Source: an uncultured Acidobacteriota bacterium (GTDB lineage Bacteria > Acidobacteriota > Thermoanaerobaculia > UBA5066 > Gp7-AA6). From it: 64,000 bases of DNA. Position numbers and translations under genes: made by a program. Below are positions 58,506 to 64,000 of this stretch, piece by piece (the first letter of the stretch is position 1; each line of letters opens with the position of its first letter). The notes beneath the pieces are model-generated. The model worked only from the letters and a program-made list of their open reading frames with translations. It ran no database searches and was not told the DNA's origin. The DNA is taken from the NCBI GenBank assembly GCA_963815865.1, contig CAWFIK010000003.1, positions 159,127 through 223,126 of the forward strand, written 5' to 3'.

Positions 58506-59809
58506 CCGGGCGGCCGCGGGGCACGCCGCCCTGGTGGATTGTCCTTTCCCTGCTGCTCCTGCTGCCCGCCGGGGCATCGTCGCAGCCGGCTCCGAAGGAT
58601 TTCAGCGCTCGCCTCGATGAGGCGATCCAGGGCGTCGCGAAACGCTATTCGATTCCGCTCCCGCTTCAGGACAACGTCACTCTCGAGACGCTCCGGGCCC
58701 GCGCCGCCGCGATCGACACGGGGCGCGACGGCCGCCAGTTCACGGCGTCCTCGCTCGCGACGCCGCTTGCCACCGTCATCGATCAGCCCACGACGACCAA
58801 CTTCCTCTCGCTCGCGCTCGAGACGGGGGCCTTCTCGAAGACCGAGGACAACAACGCGTTGACCGTGACGACGACGTTATACGCGGTCAAACGCCTCTTC
58901 AACCCGACGCCGTGGCGCTCCCTGGAGGAGTACGGCGCCGACCGCAACCTGCGTTACTTCACCGGCTCGATGACGTTCGCCAAGGCGACGACGAACACGG
59001 CGAGCTCCTCCAGCCGCGTCCAGGCGTGGACGGTGCGATACCAGATCGGGAGCCGGGACCTACGCGACTTCTACACCGATCCGTCGGTCGAAACGCTCGG
59101 GTTCGCCTACGCGTTCATCCTGAAGGAGATCACGACTCTTCTGGCCCAGAAATTCCCCGGTAAGTCGGTGGACGACTATACGGTCGCGCAGATCGAGGAT
59201 GTCATCCTGAACTCCACCTTCATTCCCGACGGCGACGCGGCGAAGCGCCTTTCCCTGGTCTCCGGATCGTCCGTCACGGTCAAGGACCTGCTCGTCGTCC
59301 GCGGCGGGCTCGTGCAGCAGCTCATCGCGAAGAACGCACCGAAGGGCGTCGGCTCCGTCAGCTTCGGCGAGTCGCGGGACGACACCACGAACACGGACAT
59401 CTACCGATTCGCCGGAAGCTACCAGCGCAAGTTGAACGACGCGTTGCTGCTGACCGGGAATCTGTCGGGCGAATACCGCCAGCCCCGGGTGTCCTCGGCG
59501 AAGACGGCCTACGGCGGCACGGCCGCGGTGGAGCTCGCCGACTCGCTCAAGAACTTCAAGCTCGTGGACAGCGGCGACCCGTCGCGCCTCTCGATCGCGG
59601 TGAGCGCGCGCGCCGCCCAGCGGGCCAGGCCGGAGTTCATGGCCCAGGCGAAGCTGGAGTTCCTCCTTCCCAGGGGGGTCTCGATCCCGGTCTCCGTCAC
59701 CTGGGCGAATCGGACAGATCTGGTCTCCGAGAGGATCATCCGCGGCCACGTCGGGCTCTCCTTCGACGCGGCAAGTCTGCTGACGATCGGTGGAGTCGCG
59801 GCCCGGTGA
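58502..59809 (+). CDS. secreted hypothetical protein (possibly beta-barrel / outer-membrane associated)
   Basis: Signal peptide PPWWIVLSLLLLLPAGASS. 435 aa, rich in alternating beta-type segments. No family recognised. Confidence 0.65.
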   Translation: MTGRPRGTPPWWIVLSLLLLLPAGASSQPAPKDFSARLDEAIQGVAKRYSIPLPLQDNVTLETLRARAAAIDTGRDGRQFTASSLATPLATVIDQPTTTNFLSLALETGAFSKTEDNNALTVTTTLYAVKRLFNPTPWRSLEEYGADRNLRYFTGSMTFAKATTNTASSSSRVQAWTVRYQIGSRDLRDFYTDPSVETLGFAYAFILKEITTLLAQKFPGKSVDDYTVAQIEDVILNSTFIPDGDAAKRLSLVSGSSVTVKDLLVVRGGLVQQLIAKNAPKGVGSVSFGESRDDTTNTDIYRFAGSYQRKLNDALLLTGNLSGEYRQPRVSSAKTAYGGTAAVELADSLKNFKLVDSGDPSRLSIAVSARAAQRARPEFMAQAKLEFLLPRGVSIPVSVTWANRTDLVSERIIRGHVGLSFDAASLLTIGGVAAR

Positions 59810-59830
59810 GAGGAACTGGGGAGGACGCCG

Positions 59831-62800
59831 ATGTTTGACTCGGGCTCGCTCCGCAAGCTCAAGATGCCGGCGCTCGTCGCGCTGGCGCTTCTCATCGCGG
59901 TCTCGGGTTACTACCTCCTCCTCGCGGTCCGGCGAAGCACTTACCTGACCGCCAGCAATATCCGGCTCCTGACGACGATCGGCCACCAGTTCGACGACTG
60001 GGTGCGGCGCCAGGAGCAGATCTTCCGGCTCGTGATCGACTCCAAAGACCCCACCGCGATGACGAAGGAGTGGAAGTCGTCCGCGACGTGGAAGTTCGGG
60101 AAACGTCCGCTGCCGGAGGACTCGCCGCTGGAGGTCGAGCCGCCCACGCTCCTCATGGACGCGAGCGGCCGGCTGTCGCTGGAGCTCGATTCCCGGCAGG
60201 GCGACCAGCGAATCGATCAGCGGATCGTCCCGTTCGACGCGCCGATCTTCGAATCGCTGCAGAGGGACATTTTCGACATCGTCCTTCTGGCGGCGCCCGA
60301 CGGGCGGATCCTGAAGCAATCCGGCCAGGCGGATCTGTACCTGTCGGACCTCGGCTCGCTCGTCGCGCCGGGCGATTCGGCCCTCAAGGCGGGCCAGACC
60401 GCGGACGTCAAGGACCTCGCCGGGAGAGATTACAGGCTGTTTCTGCAGCCGTGTTGCGGGCGGCTCCGCGTCCGCACGAGCGACGCGAGCCAGCCGGCCG
60501 GTGGGAAGACGGACGCGATTTCGGCGGCCGAGAACAAGCCGCCCGCGGCGCTGGAGAAGGGCAAGGCCGCGAAGGCCGGTTCGAAAGAGAGCGGGGGAGC
60601 CGCCGGCTCGGCATCGTCCATCGCGGGCGCGGTTCGCTCGGGACTCGTCGTGTGCGGCCTCGTTCAGACCGGGACACTCACCGGGCGGCGCTTCGCCGTC
60701 TCCTTCACCACGATGCTGATCCTCGCCGGCATCCTGCTCATCATCGTCGTGAGCTGGCCGTTCATGAAGGTCGCCCTGATCGGCAACCGCCAGCGAGTCC
60801 GCCTGCTCGACGTCCTGCTCCTGGGGATCTCGAGTCTGCTCGTCCTCTCGATCGGCACGCTTTACCTGCTCGACTTCTACGCCTACCAGAGGCTCAAGAC
60901 TCACATCGACCTGGGGCTTCAGAGTTTTTCCGGAGCGATCCAGTCCAACATGAGAAAGGAGGTCGCGGCCGCGTACAGCCAGGCTCGGACGCTGCAATCG
61001 GCGGCCCTCTCGCGGCTCTTCCCGCAGGGCCGGCCGGGCGGGTCCGAGGGCCGGTTCCTTTCCGATCTCCTCCAGAGCCATCCCGACCCCGACCTCTCCT
61101 ACTACCCGTTCTTCGAGGCGTTCTCGCTGATCGATTCCAACGGGGCGCAGGTCGCCAAGTGGAGCGTGCGCGAGCGCTCGCAGTCCGCCCCGCTGATCTC
61201 GGTGAAGGACCGCGACTACTTTCTCCGCGTCAAAGAGAAACGCACCTGGTCGCTGGCGCCGGCGTGCGGCCGGCGTCTCGCCGACGGACGCTGCGGCCTG
61301 TGGCTCCCCGGGATCGATCGATTCGCGCTGGAGTCGATCCGTTCCATCACGAGAATGAACACGCAGGCGGTCCTGGCGATCCCGACCGATCGGGAGGACG
61401 TTCCGGTCGCCGCGCTCTCCTTTCCGATGATTTCCGTCATCAAGCCGGTCGTCGCTCCCGGCTTCGGATTCGCGGTGATCGAGGACGGAGAGAACGGGCG
61501 GGTCGTGTTTCACGACGACGACCGCCGGAATTTGATCGAGCAGTTCTTCCTCGAGACGGACATGGACAAGCGCCTGCGCTCCGTCGTGGCCGCCCGGCGC
61601 GCGGAGCTCATGAATCTCCGTTACTGGGGGGAGGACTATCGCGCGTACGTGGCGCCTCTCAAAGGTCTCCCATGGTCGCTCGTGACCTACTACCAGAAGG
61701 ACGTCGTTCGGAGCGTGAACGTCGATTCGATCGTGACGACTCTCCTCTTCCTGATTCCCTATATGACGGCGTGCATGGGCATCTGCTTCTTCATCCTCAT
61801 CTGGCCCCAGAGGCGCGCGACCTGGCTCTGGCCACATCCGCGCGGACTGAACGCCTATCTCGAGCTCGCGGTGTTCTACATAGTCGTCATTGGAGTGTTC
61901 GGCGCGGCGATCTATGTCTCCGGGCGGGAATTCGGCGGCCACGTCGTGCCCGACGGGCTCCTGATCCTGATCGCGTTCGCGATTCCGGCGCTGGCGTGGG
62001 TGGCGACGTACCTGCGGCTCCGAGCGGTGCGGCGGGCCTCCCCGATCCCCGGCGACGAGATCACCAATCCCAACCCGGAAGCCGAGGAGAAGGCGTGGCC
62101 GGAGCCGAACCAGCTCCTGTCGCTGTCGTACATGGGCGCGGCGGCGCTCCTGCTCGTCATCTCGGGCGCCATGCCGACCGCGGCGCTGTTCAAGCTCGCC
62201 CACTCCATCCAGATCGTGCCGTTCATCAAGTACAACCAGGTGAGGCTCGTGGCGGCGCTCGGGGAGCGCCAGCAGCGCGCGGAGAAGGAGCTCGATTCCT
62301 TCTCGTCCCGGAGTAAGTCGGTCGATCTGTCGTCGCCGGGAGAACCGCCGTCCACGCTCTCCTCGCGGCGGACCGGGATCGGCGGCGTGCAGCTCGCCTT
62401 CGACGACGGAAAGGGGAACAAGCGCCCGGTCGCGCCGGTGGACATCTACAACCAGCCGTTCGGCACGACCATCGCCAGGGTACCGGACGCTTCCGCGGGC
62501 GGACCTGGTCCCGCGCCGGGGGGACGCCGCCGGATGTCCCCACCGACCGAGTCGCTGCCGGGATTCCTGGAGCCGTATCTTCCTTATTACTCGGACTTCT
62601 CGGTCGAACGGCGAGAGCTGCTGCACGACGAATCGGCCGACGGGAGCCGCACCTGGAAGCGCGCTCCGGGCAACCGCGTCGTCCTGACGAGCGAGGGCTC
62701 CGGCAACGGCGCGCTCGAGGTCAGCTCCATCGTGCCGACGTTCGGCGGGCTGCCGGCCTTCCTCAAGGAGAGGAGCCTGGGATTGATCCTCATCTCCGGC

Positions 62801-64000
62801 GTCGTCCTCTTGCTTGCCCTCGTGATCGCGCGATTCGTCGTCCGGCGCGTCTTTCTCCTGGACGTTCCGTTCTGGTCCTCGGGCTCGGGGGGATTCGCCG
62901 CGCCCGGGCAGAGCGTGTTCGTCGTCTGCCGGAGAGACAACCTGAGGAACGCGTTCCTCGACGGCCGCCGGTTCGAGAAGCTGGACCTTGCGGCGCTCCT
63001 GTCACCCGAAGCGAAGCCGGGAGATTGGGACTCGGCCTTGTCCGGCGTCGAGAGGACGCTCTCGGGCGAGCCCGTGCTCCTCGATCGGTTCGAGAAAGGC
63101 TCGGGGGATGTTCAGATGAGCGCGAGGAAGCTCTGGCTCGTCGAGCAACTCGTCGCGCAGCACCGCCGGGTGGTCATTCTCTCCACGTTCAGTCCCGTGC
63201 CACTGCAGCATGGAAGCCCTCTCGCCGGGCCGGGCTCGAAAGCCGACGACGGGCCCAGCGCCGAGCAGAGATGGGCGTCCCTCCTGACCTCGTCCTTCAT
63301 GGTCATGGATCTCGATCCGCGGTTCGAGACGGACGCGGACGATTCCTCACGGCCGCCGGGGCGCATGACCATCCTGGAACAGAGCCTCGGGAAGGGGTGG
63401 CGGGCCTGGCTGCGAGATTTCTCCGCGCGGTTCCGGGTCGGCCAGTATCGGAAGGTCCGGCTCGTCCTCGAGCGGGAGTGCGCCGGCAATCCGTATCTCG
63501 CTTCGATCCACGACGACCTGGATCGGATGATCCGGCGCCGCGGCGAGGAGGGGCTCGACCGCGAGGAGGTCCTGGCGGAGATCGAGGAGCGCGCGTCCAA
63601 TTACTACGAAGCCCTATGGGCCTGCTGCTCACAGGTCGAGAAGCTCGCGCTCGAGCACCTCGCCGAGGACGGTTTCGCCAACTACCGCGACAGCAAGATC
63701 GTCCGGCGATTGATCGCCCGCGGCCTCGTGCGGAGAGACCCCCACCTGCGGCTCATGAACGAGACGTTCCGGCGCTTCGTCGTCTCGACCGTCCGGCGCA
63801 ATGAAATCGCGGCGCTGGAGCAGGACACCCAGGCAAGCGCCTGGGACCACTTCAAGCGCCCGTTCGCGACGATCCTCGCGCTCGTCCTCGTGCTCTTCGC
63901 CGTCACCCAGAAGGAGCGTTTCGACGCCACGATGGCGATCATCCTCGGCGCGACCGGCGTCCTTCCATCGCTCCTGAAGCTCGCGGGTCTCCTGATCGGC
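59831..64000 (+). CDS. giant polytopic membrane protein (more than 1390 aa, 3' end outside the window): two extracytoplasmic regions (one Cache-like), about 9 or more TM helices, cytoplasmic P-loop-less STAND-like module + winged helix
   Basis: ggggagga SD followed by ATG 59831. I translated this frame by hand to position 64000 and found no stop; it is absent from the supplied ORF track. The long ORFs 60070-62316(+) and 59060-62626(-) are its Arg-rich shadow frames. Confidence 0.8.
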   Translation, partial: MFDSGSLRKLKMPALVALALLIAVSGYYLLLAVRRSTYLTASNIRLLTTIGHQFDDWVRRQEQIFRLVIDSKDPTAMTKEWKSSATWKFGKRPLPEDSPLEVEPPTLLMDASGRLSLELDSRQGDQRIDQRIVPFDAPIFESLQRDIFDIVLLAAPDGRILKQSGQADLYLSDLGSLVAPGDSALKAGQTADVKDLAGRDYRLFLQPCCGRLRVRTSDASQPAGGKTDAISAAENKPPAALEKGKAAKAGSKESGGAAGSASSIAGAVRSGLVVCGLVQTGTLTGRRFAVSFTTMLILAGILLIIVVSWPFMKVALIGNRQRVRLLDVLLLGISSLLVLSIGTLYLLDFYAYQRLKTHIDLGLQSFSGAIQSNMRKEVAAAYSQARTLQSAALSRLFPQGRPGGSEGRFLSDLLQSHPDPDLSYYPFFEAFSLIDSNGAQVAKWSVRERSQSAPLISVKDRDYFLRVKEKRTWSLAPACGRRLADGRCGLWLPGIDRFALESIRSITRMNTQAVLAIPTDREDVPVAALSFPMISVIKPVVAPGFGFAVIEDGENGRVVFHDDDRRNLIEQFFLETDMDKRLRSVVAARRAELMNLRYWGEDYRAYVAPLKGLPWSLVTYYQKDVVRSVNVDSIVTTLLFLIPYMTACMGICFFILIWPQRRATWLWPHPRGLNAYLELAVFYIVVIGVFGAAIYVSGREFGGHVVPDGLLILIAFAIPALAWVATYLRLRAVRRASPIPGDEITNPNPEAEEKAWPEPNQLLSLSYMGAAALLLVISGAMPTAALFKLAHSIQIVPFIKYNQVRLVAALGERQQRAEKELDSFSSRSKSVDLSSPGEPPSTLSSRRTGIGGVQLAFDDGKGNKRPVAPVDIYNQPFGTTIARVPDASAGGPGPAPGGRRRMSPPTESLPGFLEPYLPYYSDFSVERRELLHDESADGSRTWKRAPGNRVVLTSEGSGNGALEVSSIVPTFGGLPAFLKERSLGLILISGVVLLLALVIARFVVRRVFLLDVPFWSSGSGGFAAPGQSVFVVCRRDNLRNAFLDGRRFEKLDLAALLSPEAKPGDWDSALSGVERTLSGEPVLLDRFEKGSGDVQMSARKLWLVEQLVAQHRRVVILSTFSPVPLQHGSPLAGPGSKADDGPSAEQRWASLLTSSFMVMDLDPRFETDADDSSRPPGRMTILEQSLGKGWRAWLRDFSARFRVGQYRKVRLVLERECAGNPYLASIHDDLDRMIRRRGEEGLDREEVLAEIEERASNYYEALWACCSQVEKLALEHLAEDGFANYRDSKIVRRLIARGLVRRDPHLRLMNETFRRFVVSTVRRNEIAALEQDTQASAWDHFKRPFATILALVLVLFAVTQKERFDATMAIILGATGVLPSLLKLAGLLIG

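Noticed and set aside
59060-62626. A 1188-aa minus-strand ORF and a 748-aa plus-strand ORF (60070-62316), the longest entries in the track for this region.
   Set aside because: Both are extremely Arg/Pro/Gly-rich with no motifs. This is typical of shadow frames in high-G+C coding DNA. The real gene is the + frame starting at 59831. The same reasoning rejects 1914-3857(+), 23440-25518(+), 15008-16141(-), 18026-19447(-), 46208-47950(-), 34527-35831(-), 56092-57456(-) and similar ORFs.

Overview
This is a high-G+C bacterial chromosomal segment, probably from a soil or metagenome lineage (Acidobacteria-like by inference only). It is densely coding on both strands. I found no rRNA, tRNA or CRISPR array.

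Recognisable housekeeping and accessory genes:
- ECF sigma factor with a zf-HC2/TPR anti-sigma factor
- FG-GAP propeller protein
- xth
- SorAB-like sulfite dehydrogenase
- serine hydrolase of the beta-lactamase family
- amidase
- ggt
- aldo/keto reductase
- MFS transporter
- threonine dehydratase-like enzyme
- two tandem gap paralogs
- S53 sedolisin
- BNR/Asp-box protein
- quinone oxidoreductase

Observations worth a second look:
1. Two periplasmic thioredoxin-fold genes each carry an in-frame TGA exactly at the first Cys of the CxxC motif. Both are selenoprotein candidates.
2. A cytosolic 791-aa protein fuses a chymotrypsin-fold protease to a zinc PLC / P1-nuclease domain. That domain's zinc-ligand Trp is internal, which suggests activation by autoproteolysis.
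3. A three-gene operon at the right edge ends in an ORF of more than 1390 codons that is open at the window end and absent from the ORF track. It encodes a polytopic membrane protein with a Cache-like domain and a STAND-like module lacking a P-loop, followed by a winged helix.
4. Two small lower-G+C inserts sit just downstream of a complete gene (FKBP, ggt). Each is followed by a second, displaced copy of that gene's 3' end. This resembles att-site architecture, but neither insert carries a recombinase.
5. The gap paralog upstream of the canonical gap has lost both active-site cysteines.
6. Three families of intergenic GC-rich palindromic repeats are present.
7. Single-nucleotide frameshifts cluster in otherwise well-conserved genes, including gap. 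This looks more like local assembly or indel error than decay.

All functional calls rest on motif recognition by eye. No database search was run.
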